Assembly: GCA_030747675.1 (NCBI GenBank) | Contig: JASLKH010000010.1 | Location: 1-45,086 of the forward strand | DNA: 45,086 nt | Direction: 5' to 3' | From: Candidatus Thalassarchaeaceae archaeon | Lineage (GTDB): Archaea > Thermoplasmatota > Poseidoniia > Poseidoniales > Thalassarchaeaceae | Shown here: piece by piece, positions 18,354 through 29,006 of the stretch | How positions within the stretch are numbered: the stretch's first letter is position 1 | Layout: each line of letters starts with the position of its first letter | Translations under genes and position numbers: made by a program | Notes under the pieces: model-generated | What the model was told of the DNA's origin: nothing | Database searches by the model: none | What the model saw: only the letters and a program-made list of their open reading frames with translations

Positions 18354-18770
18354 ATGAAGAAGACATTATTCACAAAAATTGTTGAAGGCGACATCCCTTC
18401 TTCTAAAGTAGCCGAAGGAGATTTGTGGTATGCGTTTTTGGACATCAACCCTTGGAGAATGGGACATACACTTGTCGTGCCTAGAGAACCGGCTCAAAGA
18501 ATCTCTGAACTATCAATAGAATCACGCAATGCATTAATGGAAGGCGTGGTCGAAGTTCAACGGCGACTATCGATAGAGTTCAAAACATCAGATTTTAGTG
18601 TAAATGTAAATGATGGACCTCAAGCCGGCCAAGAAGTCCCCCATACCCACATCCATGTAATTCCCCGATGTGTAGAAAATGACAATCGCCCACTATGGAC
18701 GAATAAAAATACCAGTACACCAGATTTTGTTATGCTTGAAGAATTGTCAAAACGTCTTCAGTCCCTTTGA
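18354..18770 (+). CDS. HIT family nucleotide hydrolase
   Basis: LFTKIVEGDIP, AFLDINP...GHTLVVP, NDGPQAGQEVPHTHIHVIPR (HxHxH). ATG at 18354. Confidence 0.93.
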   Translation: MKKTLFTKIVEGDIPSSKVAEGDLWYAFLDINPWRMGHTLVVPREPAQRISELSIESRNALMEGVVEVQRRLSIEFKTSDFSVNVNDGPQAGQEVPHTHIHVIPRCVENDNRPLWTNKNTSTPDFVMLEELSKRLQSL

Positions 18771-18796
18771 TACGGAATGCATACTTGGGTGGGAAC

Positions 18797-20362
18797 ATGG
18801 GGACTTCAGATGTTCGAGAAGTTCAATCAGGGGCCGATGGTGCCATTGATCATCATGGAGAGACTCTTCCAGAATTATCAAAAAGCGCATCACGCATCGA
18901 CATTTCAAAAATTGAAAATGCTCGAAGAGTTGCAAAAAAGCAAGGCGACCATCCAGGAATTGGTTGGTTCTATGATTTAATGATGGGTTTTGCAAGTAGG
19001 GCATTCAAAGGCCAATTCCGTACAATTGAAATTACAGGTTTAGAACACATTTCGGAAGAAGCAGGTATGCTTACTGTTGCGTGGCATACAAATGGATTAA
19101 TTGACCCAATGTGTATTTCAGTAACCCAATCAAAGCGTTTGGTATTTGGCGGCCGCCATGATTTGGTTACACGCCCCATCTTGGGACCAATTGCATCTCG
19201 GATGGGGACCCAACCAGTAATCCGTCAGGCTGAACTTGTCCGGGGTGGAGCATCGGAAGAGGCCGCCGGTAGAATCAATGGAAAAACTATGTTGACAATA
19301 GCAGATTGTATTGCTCACGGCCAAGCTTCAGCCCTATTTCCGGAAGGGACCTCACATCTGGACTCAAAAATGAAACGCCTTCGGACTGGACCAATGCGAT
19401 CTGTAATTGCTGCCAACTCAATTGCTAAAGAACGTGATTTACCCGAACCCCATTTATTACCTGTTGGCTTACATTTCAGGACATCATTCCATTTTGGAAC
19501 CGATGTATGGATTGAATATAGGGAACCAATTCACCTTTCTGAATTTACCCATTCACCCGGAGATCGCACGAAATTAATCTCAGGCGAATGGGTAGAAGCC
19601 CCAGTAGAATCGGTCAATACACTTCGAGAATTAGTGTACCAACGCCTTTCTGAAATAACACCCGATTCTGACACATGGGATGAACATAGGACATGGCACA
19701 CTCTTGGACATATAGAAGCCCAAATTGTCAAGAAACCATTACAAACATGGAAAGACGAAGTATTAGCTGCTAGGAATATACGTGATAGAATTAGAAATGG
19801 AGAATCTAAATTATTGGATTCAATACCTGCTGCAGAGAGAATTTCACAATCATTACATGAAGTTGGATTAGATGGCCGCTCAATATCTAGTGAAGGTTTA
19901 CGAAAACCCAAAATCACCGAGAAGACAGCAATATTACCTGCTATTTTGCTAGCATTGATGGCCGCCCCATTAACAATTTACTCAAGTGGTTTAATGATTC
20001 TCACAGCAAAAATTCTTGGTGATAAAACGGATGAAGGGCTGGATGCTAGAACGACATACCATATTCTCCTAGGGCTACTTGGACCAATTCTTATTTGGCC
20101 ATTCGCAGTGATAATATTGGGCGCTTTTGCGTATTATCTCTTAGTAGTAGTTGGATATTTTGGGACTTTGAGTTTAATACATGTAATGGTAATCATTTTG
20201 ATATCACCATTTTGTTTCCATTTATCGAATCGAGTTGCATTGAAAGGTTGGCATTTCTATGTAATTTATCGTGATGCCCGACGATTGACTATATTTTCGA
20301 AATCAGAAAATGGGGCTAATATTGAATCTGATGTAAAGAAATTACTCGTTGTGCTGAAATAG
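18797..20362 (+). CDS. PlsC-like glycerolipid acyltransferase with C-terminal TM helices
   Basis: HTNGLID (HX4D), PVIR, LFPEGTSH, LLPVGL, 3-4 C-terminal TM segments. ATG 18797 follows GGTGGGA. Confidence 0.88.
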   Translation: MGTSDVREVQSGADGAIDHHGETLPELSKSASRIDISKIENARRVAKKQGDHPGIGWFYDLMMGFASRAFKGQFRTIEITGLEHISEEAGMLTVAWHTNGLIDPMCISVTQSKRLVFGGRHDLVTRPILGPIASRMGTQPVIRQAELVRGGASEEAAGRINGKTMLTIADCIAHGQASALFPEGTSHLDSKMKRLRTGPMRSVIAANSIAKERDLPEPHLLPVGLHFRTSFHFGTDVWIEYREPIHLSEFTHSPGDRTKLISGEWVEAPVESVNTLRELVYQRLSEITPDSDTWDEHRTWHTLGHIEAQIVKKPLQTWKDEVLAARNIRDRIRNGESKLLDSIPAAERISQSLHEVGLDGRSISSEGLRKPKITEKTAILPAILLALMAAPLTIYSSGLMILTAKILGDKTDEGLDARTTYHILLGLLGPILIWPFAVIILGAFAYYLLVVVGYFGTLSLIHVMVIILISPFCFHLSNRVALKGWHFYVIYRDARRLTIFSKSENGANIESDVKKLLVVLK

Positions 20363-20382
20363 GTCGCCATATACGACGGCTT

Positions 20383-21009
20383 ATGGCCGATGAAAAAGAG
20401 GGTGAACGCATTCGTGATTGGTTGACTTCCGAGGGCCTAGAAATTAAGCCACGTGAAGATCCACGTGCAGATTTCCATTACATGGTCCGATATCCACCCA
20501 CAAAGCATGGCCACGTATTCAACGTTCTTTCTCCCAAAGATAGAAATTTGATAGTAGTCTCTTCAGTAACTCAAGTAGATTTAGGTCAACAAGATGAAAT
20601 GAAAAAGCACAGTAAAGATGACTCGGAAGCATGGAGAGAATGGCTGCATGAAACTCGATTAGGACTCACCAGGGCCCATGTGGATTGGGTATTACATGTT
20701 GGGCATGGGAGCGAAAATCCCGGGCCACTCCAAGCATTTAATTTGTCTATGCCAATTTGGAATGATGGTATAACACAAAATGAATTAATGCAAACTCTTC
20801 GTAGATTGTGGCTTTCTAAACTTTCGATTATCCATGAGATTAAATTTTCATACGGCCCAGGCATTGGTCGCCCCGGCCCCGTAGATGATTGGGCCAAGTC
20901 TGGAGGCCCACCTAGTGAAGGTGAGAAACCGCCTTCTTCAGCCTCTAAAGTCGAAACAGATGAAACAGGCGGTTTTGGTACAGGATTTGATCCTTCAGAA
21001 TGGGTTTAA
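20383..21009 (+). CDS. DUF2299-like conserved archaeal protein
   Basis: IRDWL..EGL.I......ADFH..V.YP...G....V..PK resembles DUF2299 as recalled; no search was run. Confidence 0.6.
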   Translation: MADEKEGERIRDWLTSEGLEIKPREDPRADFHYMVRYPPTKHGHVFNVLSPKDRNLIVVSSVTQVDLGQQDEMKKHSKDDSEAWREWLHETRLGLTRAHVDWVLHVGHGSENPGPLQAFNLSMPIWNDGITQNELMQTLRRLWLSKLSIIHEIKFSYGPGIGRPGPVDDWAKSGGPPSEGEKPPSSASKVETDETGGFGTGFDPSEWV

Positions 21010-21143
21010 TGTTGAAAATTGCTGAAAAACACCCTAAAAACGTGGGCGCTGCCCACCACGGTACTGACCGCAAAGGGGTTTGATTAAGTAGGAGGAAAAT
21101 ACGTTGTATGTATGCTGGAGAGACTCTCCAGGGGTTGAGACAG

Positions 21144-24100
21144 ATGGATAACAATAAACGTGGAAGCATTACAATGGTCATCATTTTCTTGATGAGTACA
21201 TTACTTGTCGGGTACACAGCACCCGAAGCAGAAGGCGCAACAGTCGTCATCACAGATGCAGTACAGGTCGTAGATGGCGGTGCTTTGAATGAACGAATGG
21301 CCTCGATGGTATCAGATAGTGAAGGCAACATCCATATTGTCTGGAGTCGCAATACTCAACACTTGTATTATTCAATGATGGACCCAAGAGCGGAAACACT
21401 GATTGATGCTACGCAAATATCCAACCCCGGAGCCCATCGCGCATGGCACCCCGATGTCGATATTGATTCCGAAGACCGAATCCACGTCACATGGACAGAC
21501 AAAGCCAGTCAACACACAATCCTCTATACACTCCTCGATCCAAGTATGGATGACCAAGATGGCTCAGTATCTGATGATACAACTATTTCTATGATTGATG
21601 ATACTGAAGTTGCTCGCTTGCAGCAAAACCGCGATTACCCTGCAATCGCAGTCGATAGTTTGGACAACGTCCACCTCGTCTGGGAAGATTCCTATGATAG
21701 ACATGATAAGTATTTTCAACAACCACAGATTTACTACAAATTTTTAGAAATTGATTTGGTAGCACGTGAAGCGATTACTGCAATTGACAACACTCTTTTG
21801 ACGCCAATTATTGGCCACAAAGGCCACCCAGATATTGCAATTGATGCTGATGATTTCGTACAGATTGCATGGGACGACACCCGTGGTGGAAAAGTGGAAA
21901 TTGTATCACCAATTGACACCTCAGGTTCAATGTATTCAGAATGGGCTGACATGTGCGTTGTATTTTATGGAGGAACATGGTCCAGTGGAGGATATTTCCA
22001 AGGAATCAAACCAATGCTTGAAGAAGCAAACATTTCAGTTTTTGAAACGCTATATGCCCTTGGTGGCTACTATCCTAGCGCAGCAAACTCTGGTGCTTGT
22101 GCAGCCCAACCACATGCAGAGAACCCGCGCAGTAACCACCTTGACATCGGCGACGATTCAGGTGGCATCATTAAATTACACAGCACGATATACAATGGAG
22201 GGGCACAAAATGGAGGTTACCAAGGTGAAGATTGGGGACCCGGTTCAACATGGGCATGCCTTTCATGGGTAGACGCTCAAGGCAACGTTCCAGGAAACCC
22301 ACCTACAAGCCACGATCACAAATGGAATCCCAATGCGACAAAACTAGTCATTCCAATTAGTGATGAAGGACCAAAGGGCGGCGATCCACCCCAACAACAA
22401 GATGACATCACATCAATCAACGAAGCTCACGACGCATGTATCACTGCAGGCGTAATTCCAGTAGGGATGTACGGCTCTTCATGGGGAGGGAACAACCAAG
22501 TCTCTTCACACATGAAAGATCTCGCGCAATGTCCTAACGGGCAAGTCAACATGAACCCCCGACTTTGTCCAGGGACAACAACACGGAACACAAATGCTGG
22601 CGGCCAAGTCTATGCATTCCCTGCATCTGGAGGCAATCAAATGCAAACATTGGTTGAAGCAATGGTATTCTTAGCAACAAACAACAGTCGAGAAATATAT
22701 ATGACAGTTCTTGACCCATATTCCAAAATTAACAATCCAGCCCCCGGATGGTCATATGGTATGACTGGAACAGACGAGTCAGGTAATCGTTACACTGAAG
22801 ATTTAGGTCCAAGTCAAGACGCCAATGGGTATGGCCACCTTGTTGTTGTGAATGATACTCGTGTAACACTTGATGATGCATTTAGTATGCATCCCTCCCT
22901 CGCGATTGATAATGCAGGAGACACTCATATTTCATGGATGGATACACGAGACTATGGGTTTGACAAAGATGACAATTACGAAGTATATTATTCTCGACTT
23001 CGCCTCAAGGGTTCAGCAAATTGGGATGGCGTCTCGGGTGGACTACCAACATATGGTATTAAGAAAATTGTAGATACAAGAATTTCATATGGCGAAGGGT
23101 GGGGTAATGAAAACCCGAATAATTACTACAGCGCATCTTCTTACATGCCTCAAATCATTGCAGATAATCAGAACAATATCCACCTCACATGGTTGGAAAA
23201 TTCTAATATCTCGCAAGGTGAATCAATTCAATATACTCGATTGAATCATACTAATGACAACCCAGATTGGCCCCTCAATAGTATTGCAGCAGCAGTACTT
23301 GATCCATGGGAGAGGGTTGACGTTACAGATTGGAACAGTGATAAATTAGGTCCCAACAATGGACGCACACCTGAATTGTCTCAGCCGCCCGCGTTTGCTA
23401 ATGACCTTGGTAGCGGAGCACACATTGCTTGGTCAGATACTAACAAGTGTAATGACAATTCAAACAATGGAGCCTACACCCTTTGTTACACTCACGTTTT
23501 AACAGGCCAGGTCGATATTGAACTTGCTGACGGAGAAACTTACTATCATGTGATTGAACCAGGAGAGCAAACGTTGTACAACATGACAATTAACAACACA
23601 ACACCAGGGCCAATTGATCTCGTTGCGGACACATTCTCGGTTAACCTATCAGGCGTACCAGTGAATTGGACAGCGAATCTTTTCTTTGCGGATAACCACA
23701 CCGCAATATTCCCTGAAACACCGATTTACTTACTTGGTGGTGAATCAGTACGTGTTTACATGCGTGTTCGAGCACCGTCAATTTATCAGGCCAACAATGA
23801 CGAGTTGGCACAAATATCAGTCAGTGCAATTTCATACAAAGATCCTGCAATACGGAGTGATAGATTGACCTTGACGTTAATGGATGTTAAACACGGGATT
23901 GAGCTTGAAACAAGTCACTTCCAATCAGATGTGGAACAAGGTCAGACAGCAATATTTTCGATTACAATAACAAATACAGGAAACGTTTTCGACTCCTTTG
24001 CTTTCTATGATCCCACCACATTACAAGGTCAGCAAGAATGGCTTTTACCATGGGGATGGCAAGTTACATTCCCATTAATGGTCAGTCTCGACCCAGGCCA

Positions 24101-26201
24101 GTCAGTGACTAAGAATTTGGAAGTCGCAGTTCCCACCACGCAAGAACCAGGTACCTTTGCATTATATCTGAAGGGCTGGTCAATGGGCGAACCCGTGAAA
24201 AGTGTAGACAAAGGGACATACGACATTCTCGAATTATGGGTAAATGTGAGCATTAGATCCACAGGAAATATTGTATTCAATATCTATGATACATCAGAAT
24301 ACGTCATGCCAGGCCAAGGTGAAGATTCTTGTCATACTTACACTATTCAAGTAGTGAAGAATTTCGCTCCAGGCTATCTTGTATTTACCACACCCGGTGC
24401 ACCCGAAGCCCGACCAGATGAAATCCCCCTCAACCAATGGCGCTACGATCATTGGACTGTTTCGTTAGATTTCACTAATGCCCCAGGAGGAAATGGCGTT
24501 GATATGAGTGCCCCTCGGTATTGGGAATTAATTGAGCATTCATATGCGGTAGGTGTAACTGTATGTGCTCCAACCAATGCTAATGCAGGTTTAGGGCCAG
24601 CAATTACAATCAAGGCCCACCTACAAGACTCTGCCCGAGTTTCCGATTCGGTTATTTTATCTACTAATGTAATTCATGTCTACGATTTAGACATGACAAC
24701 TGAAAGTACCACCTACGATGTATCGCCATCGGATGACATTACTCTAAACATGACAACGACAAACAGTGGGAACGGACCGGATCGTTATGATATGCGTTTC
24801 ACAGAAGTCATGGATGCATCAGGCGCCCCTTCCAATTTACCGTGGGCAGTAGATGTGCCACGTGCCCGCCTGTCTGAATTGGATCGTGATGCATCTGAAT
24901 CCGTGGACGTGGTAATCCACGTCCCAGATCAAATTGTAGCTGGGACTTACAGAGTTGTCTTGAAGACATACAGCGAAGAGAGTTGGGAAGGCACAACTGA
25001 ACGCGACGCCATCATCATCACTATTGCAGTGAAAGAATATCATGATATGCAAATATGGCTTGATCCATCTGTTGAGAGCCAAGTGAAAACAACTGCTCCT
25101 GGCAGGACAGTACGATATCTTCTGAATGTGACGAACAATGGGAATGTACCTGATACCCCAACCTTACATAATCACACAAAGAGTGGAAATGATTGGGATG
25201 ATCGCCCTGGAATGGGTTCACTATCAAGTTGGAACAATGGTCAGTATGAAGGTGTACGCTATGCAATGGTTGAAGATTTCAATACTGAATTACCTAAGGA
25301 AATACCCTGTCTTGATTTAGATGTGGGGGACCCAGCACCATTGGAGGGATGTGCTTACCATCCAGATGGCACTTGGAGTTTGGCAGAAATGGAAGCATAT
25401 ACCACGGTTCAAATTATGGCGATTATCGATATTAGCCCCTCCGCAACTCTTGCAAACCGAGAGATTGGAATCAAAGTCATGTCACTTTATGGTAGTTCAC
25501 CAGATGGCGACGCTGATGAAACTGCGAGTTGGTCCGATAGTTGCACCATTGACAGTGACAACGATGGTTTTGTCGACAATATTTATCCGAATTGTGATAC
25601 AAATGAACAAGTTCTAAGAATTCGCTTACGAGCACCAGATCTTGAAATTGTATCAGTTAACGTTGACAGTAGAGAAGCAGCAGTTGGTGAGATGATACCA
25701 ATTACTGTTGAGATTATCAATAGAGGTAACGTTCATGCAGTTGATATCAGCATAGTTCTTTGTGAAGATGAATCTTCGTCAAATCTTAGGAAAAATGATT
25801 GTGAAGATGAAAATATTGCATATCGTCAAGTAATTGGTGCATTAATGCCACCTGACGATAGTGGTTCTGGAGAAGACGATGCAGTCAGTATCACACTCCT
25901 GTATCCTGTAAAGGCCGGTACACACGAATTAACAGTAATTGTTGACCCTGGTAACTTCATCATTGAAGCAAGTGAATCCAATAATCGAAAAGACGTCGGT
26001 GAACTGTCTAGTGAAAATGGATTCTTTGACGTCATACTTGAAGTTGCAAGTGAATGGTCAGTTCCATCGATGATTCTATTGCTAACAATAGCCTTGATGG
26101 GCGTAGCTGGAATGGTGATGATTTCTCGTCGAAGAGACGCCCTCGCACGTGTTGATGCCCAATCAAGCGTAGTCAATTACGAAGAAGATCTTCAGTTTTG
26201 A
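21144..26201 (+). CDS. Very large surface protein: signal peptide, 7-blade beta-propeller with inserted vWA domain, Ig-like repeats, CARDB, C-terminal TM anchor
   Basis: Seven P.(I/V)A.D...H(I/V).W...YY repeats; DTSGS and ISDEGP MIDAS-like motifs; repeated (I/V)TN.GN..D.(F/Y) Ig-like units; PDL.I...VDP.N.I.E..E.NN CARDB; TM followed by RRRD. Start 21144 or 21108. Confidence 0.85.
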   Translation: MDNNKRGSITMVIIFLMSTLLVGYTAPEAEGATVVITDAVQVVDGGALNERMASMVSDSEGNIHIVWSRNTQHLYYSMMDPRAETLIDATQISNPGAHRAWHPDVDIDSEDRIHVTWTDKASQHTILYTLLDPSMDDQDGSVSDDTTISMIDDTEVARLQQNRDYPAIAVDSLDNVHLVWEDSYDRHDKYFQQPQIYYKFLEIDLVAREAITAIDNTLLTPIIGHKGHPDIAIDADDFVQIAWDDTRGGKVEIVSPIDTSGSMYSEWADMCVVFYGGTWSSGGYFQGIKPMLEEANISVFETLYALGGYYPSAANSGACAAQPHAENPRSNHLDIGDDSGGIIKLHSTIYNGGAQNGGYQGEDWGPGSTWACLSWVDAQGNVPGNPPTSHDHKWNPNATKLVIPISDEGPKGGDPPQQQDDITSINEAHDACITAGVIPVGMYGSSWGGNNQVSSHMKDLAQCPNGQVNMNPRLCPGTTTRNTNAGGQVYAFPASGGNQMQTLVEAMVFLATNNSREIYMTVLDPYSKINNPAPGWSYGMTGTDESGNRYTEDLGPSQDANGYGHLVVVNDTRVTLDDAFSMHPSLAIDNAGDTHISWMDTRDYGFDKDDNYEVYYSRLRLKGSANWDGVSGGLPTYGIKKIVDTRISYGEGWGNENPNNYYSASSYMPQIIADNQNNIHLTWLENSNISQGESIQYTRLNHTNDNPDWPLNSIAAAVLDPWERVDVTDWNSDKLGPNNGRTPELSQPPAFANDLGSGAHIAWSDTNKCNDNSNNGAYTLCYTHVLTGQVDIELADGETYYHVIEPGEQTLYNMTINNTTPGPIDLVADTFSVNLSGVPVNWTANLFFADNHTAIFPETPIYLLGGESVRVYMRVRAPSIYQANNDELAQISVSAISYKDPAIRSDRLTLTLMDVKHGIELETSHFQSDVEQGQTAIFSITITNTGNVFDSFAFYDPTTLQGQQEWLLPWGWQVTFPLMVSLDPGQSVTKNLEVAVPTTQEPGTFALYLKGWSMGEPVKSVDKGTYDILELWVNVSIRSTGNIVFNIYDTSEYVMPGQGEDSCHTYTIQVVKNFAPGYLVFTTPGAPEARPDEIPLNQWRYDHWTVSLDFTNAPGGNGVDMSAPRYWELIEHSYAVGVTVCAPTNANAGLGPAITIKAHLQDSARVSDSVILSTNVIHVYDLDMTTESTTYDVSPSDDITLNMTTTNSGNGPDRYDMRFTEVMDASGAPSNLPWAVDVPRARLSELDRDASESVDVVIHVPDQIVAGTYRVVLKTYSEESWEGTTERDAIIITIAVKEYHDMQIWLDPSVESQVKTTAPGRTVRYLLNVTNNGNVPDTPTLHNHTKSGNDWDDRPGMGSLSSWNNGQYEGVRYAMVEDFNTELPKEIPCLDLDVGDPAPLEGCAYHPDGTWSLAEMEAYTTVQIMAIIDISPSATLANREIGIKVMSLYGSSPDGDADETASWSDSCTIDSDNDGFVDNIYPNCDTNEQVLRIRLRAPDLEIVSVNVDSREAAVGEMIPITVEIINRGNVHAVDISIVLCEDESSSNLRKNDCEDENIAYRQVIGALMPPDDSGSGEDDAVSITLLYPVKAGTHELTVIVDPGNFIIEASESNNRKDVGELSSENGFFDVILEVASEWSVPSMILLLTIALMGVAGMVMISRRRDALARVDAQSSVVNYEEDLQF

Positions 26202-26238
26202 GTATAGACGAGATCACCTGAGAAGAAACCTTCTCATG

Positions 26239-26979
26239 CTATTTCGCCAGCCACCAAGGCAGCAGTTTGTCATCTGTTGCAGCAATCAGAGTACCTGATT
26301 TGAGACCAATTTGCCGCATCATCAAACTACGGAGTGTATCCATCATTTCTTCAGCACGTTGCGGTTGAATTTGTAGCCCTGCACAAAACAGATCTAGGTC
26401 AAGTGGCCTTCGTGGCGCCTCTAATAGTGCATGAGCGAGTTGCCTTTCTTCATACTGCTGAAATTCGTCATCAACAGTTCTACTTGCTTTGTGCTTTATT
26501 TGTTGATGTAATGCAATTAGAGCATCACGCTCAGCATCCAAGCGATCTAATCCATCATTTAGTTCTGTGAGGAGAGCCATTGCTTCAGCCATAGGCAAGC
26601 TTCGGCGAGTCCCAACTTTATCTACAATACTCAGAGCATCTTCGGGCAACCGTCCGGATAATCTCACAGGCCCTCCCTCGGGAAGTTTGCGATGTTCAGC
26701 TCGAAATAGATCAGGTCCTAAATCGAGACGAAGAGAAAATGATTGCGTAACGGCATAGATTCGTTTAGGTGGACCCCCTTTTTCACTGGGTACCTTTTCA
26801 CTTGTTACAAACCCAGATTCCTGCAAAATTTTGAGATGTTTCATGATTGCTTGCTGTGAAACATCCAATAATTCTGAAAGTTGTAATGGGTAATGTGGTT
26901 CTCGGACAAGCCGCTCTAAAATGGAACGTCGCACTCCGTTTTCAAGTATAGACAAAGCAGTGTTGAAATCAGTAACCAC
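26239..26979 (-). CDS. ArsR-family wHTH transcriptional regulator with C-terminal coiled coil
   Basis: ILENGVRRSILERLVREPHYPLQLSELLDVSQQAIMKHLKILQESGFV...GGPPKRIY. Confidence 0.88.
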   Translation of the reverse strand: MVTDFNTALSILENGVRRSILERLVREPHYPLQLSELLDVSQQAIMKHLKILQESGFVTSEKVPSEKGGPPKRIYAVTQSFSLRLDLGPDLFRAEHRKLPEGGPVRLSGRLPEDALSIVDKVGTRRSLPMAEAMALLTELNDGLDRLDAERDALIALHQQIKHKASRTVDDEFQQYEERQLAHALLEAPRRPLDLDLFCAGLQIQPQRAEEMMDTLRSLMMRQIGLKSGTLIAATDDKLLPWWLAK

Positions 26980-27031
26980 TCTACAACCCGATGTTAACTA
27001 GCCAAAGGATACCTATGAATCCTCGGATGAC

Positions 27032-27886
27032 TCAACCTTCATCCCATTCTTTCCATCGGTTACTAGAATTCCCCGATCCTTCTTTAATTTCTTCATCTAA
27101 TTCCGAATCTGCAATTATTGAATCAAGCTCAATTTCTGATTGAATCTTGACTGAACTTTGTTGACCGTCCGGTCTATCTGCAAATGGGGGAGGAACATCA
27201 TTTTCTCCATGAGTTGAAGGAACAGACAAATCGAGGGGCACATCTGCATGAACACTTGCCCAGACCTCATCTGTTGTTGGAATCCTGTGTTGAGCATTAT
27301 CTCCACCTGTAATGGGTTTTTGCAATCCCCCTGAAGCATCCATCATTAAGCTAGTAGGATATGATTTCTTACGCCCTGTAAACCAAAGAATTCCACCCAG
27401 AGGCATCAAACAGACTCCGCATATCCCCGCAAAACAGGCGATTTCTAGAATCAATAGGATTGTGCTCCCTTCACCCAGATCTTCCTTATCAACTAACCAA
27501 ACAGGGTCTTCTTGGTCTAAATTTTGTATTAGGTGTGCTCCATCAGCATCGGGCTCATACACCCCTATTGATATGTATATGCGGCTATTTTCACCGAACC
27601 GATCGCCATCCAGCATGCCGGGACTACTTCTTTCAATTTCGGTATTAGTTTGAATTTCACTAATTGTTAAATTAACGGTAGAAGAATCTAATCGATATGC
27701 AATATATGTTTTATCTTCACTCAGATTAACAGACTTCGAAGAGTCGGCTTCTACTTTTGCAACATGATTATTTTCAGGATCCATTGCTGAAACGAAATCG
27801 CCCCAACCAGTCAATAAGGCGATGGAAGCAAGGCAAATCAAGACCCCTCCTGTGATGAGAAGACGGCGTGGCCATAGATTCTGCAT
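27032..27886 (-). CDS. Two-TM membrane protein with acidic C-terminal tail
   Basis: Hydrophobic helices near residues 9-27 and 143-168; no recognised family. Confidence 0.7.
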   Translation of the reverse strand: MQNLWPRRLLITGGVLICLASIALLTGWGDFVSAMDPENNHVAKVEADSSKSVNLSEDKTYIAYRLDSSTVNLTISEIQTNTEIERSSPGMLDGDRFGENSRIYISIGVYEPDADGAHLIQNLDQEDPVWLVDKEDLGEGSTILLILEIACFAGICGVCLMPLGGILWFTGRKKSYPTSLMMDASGGLQKPITGGDNAQHRIPTTDEVWASVHADVPLDLSVPSTHGENDVPPPFADRPDGQQSSVKIQSEIELDSIIADSELDEEIKEGSGNSSNRWKEWDEG

Positions 27887-27902
27887 AAGATTTCCTCCAA
27901 GG

Positions 27903-29006
27903 TTAATTTCCTAATCCCAATTCTCCAAGTTTCTCAGGCAGGTAGGTATCTGTAACGAAATCTAAACCATACTTGGCTAAAGATTGCTGCTCAGCCTTCT
28001 TCCCTAACGACAACATCATTTGGATTTGTTCCTGCCACCAACCATCGGCAAATCGGGGGTCACTTAATTCAGCCTTTAGCGCCTCTACGTCTTTACTAGA
28101 TAATTTGTCACTCGGTAGGTCGTACGCTTCAATATCATCAGATGTAATTCCAAGATATTGCGCAGAAGGAGTTGCTAGGTACTCAGAGATATGCGCTGTT
28201 TTAATTGCACCATACGCAATACTTGCGAAAATTCTGAAGGACCATGGATCACCGTCGAGGAAAACGACGATAGGAAGATTCCACTCTTCATTCATCCGTT
28301 TTAGAATCCGCCGTGTAGATCTCGCGGGTTGCCCTTTTAGATGAAGAAGTCCACAACGATAATCTTCATCGAAGCCATTCTCAATCAATCTGTCAAACAT
28401 ACCACCAGTTTCAATGGCCATAATGAAATCAATATCATGATTGATTAATCTGATTTTTTCTGATTCAACATTGTATGGCACCCCATATCCCGAATCTCCA
28501 ACATCATCTCGTGCATTAATTCGCATCCAATCACCACGCCGATTAAGTTCATCTAAGGTAATATTCCCAATCATACGAGCCCCATCTTCTTCAGGTCGAA
28601 GTTTGAAATCTTCACGGAGACAAGCAGTCACGATTTCCAAGTCTTCTGCAAGGTTATTGCTTTCATTCTGCGAACCGAATTTACCGTGCCCCCAGGCTTC
28701 CGAAATGTAATACATTTCACGAAGCGTCGATGACTTTCCGGCATCGATCATTTCTTCAATGAATTCAATGATGTGTAGTGCACGTAATAGTTGTCGAGCA
28801 CTACCAAGGCTAGTTGCATCCCGGACAGACCTCTTTTTTCCATATTTGTAAACTCCAAGTTTACTATCAAATCCGATATTGTTTTTTGTCCGAACAGGTA
28901 AAGTCATGCGTGGCGGCTCACCCTTTACCATTCGCTTGTACATCTCTCTGGCAACACCATGTAAATCCTTTACAACTTCTTCTCGACTTTTCCTTGCCGT
29001 TGTCAT
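27903..29006 (-). CDS. top6A: DNA topoisomerase VI subunit A
   Basis: STLREMYY (catalytic Tyr), Q.ESN...EDLE, IETGGMFDRL, KGQPARSTR, DGDPW, KKAEQQ. Confidence 0.97.
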   Translation of the reverse strand: MTTARKSREEVVKDLHGVAREMYKRMVKGEPPRMTLPVRTKNNIGFDSKLGVYKYGKKRSVRDATSLGSARQLLRALHIIEFIEEMIDAGKSSTLREMYYISEAWGHGKFGSQNESNNLAEDLEIVTACLREDFKLRPEEDGARMIGNITLDELNRRGDWMRINARDDVGDSGYGVPYNVESEKIRLINHDIDFIMAIETGGMFDRLIENGFDEDYRCGLLHLKGQPARSTRRILKRMNEEWNLPIVVFLDGDPWSFRIFASIAYGAIKTAHISEYLATPSAQYLGITSDDIEAYDLPSDKLSSKDVEALKAELSDPRFADGWWQEQIQMMLSLGKKAEQQSLAKYGLDFVTDTYLPEKLGELGLGN

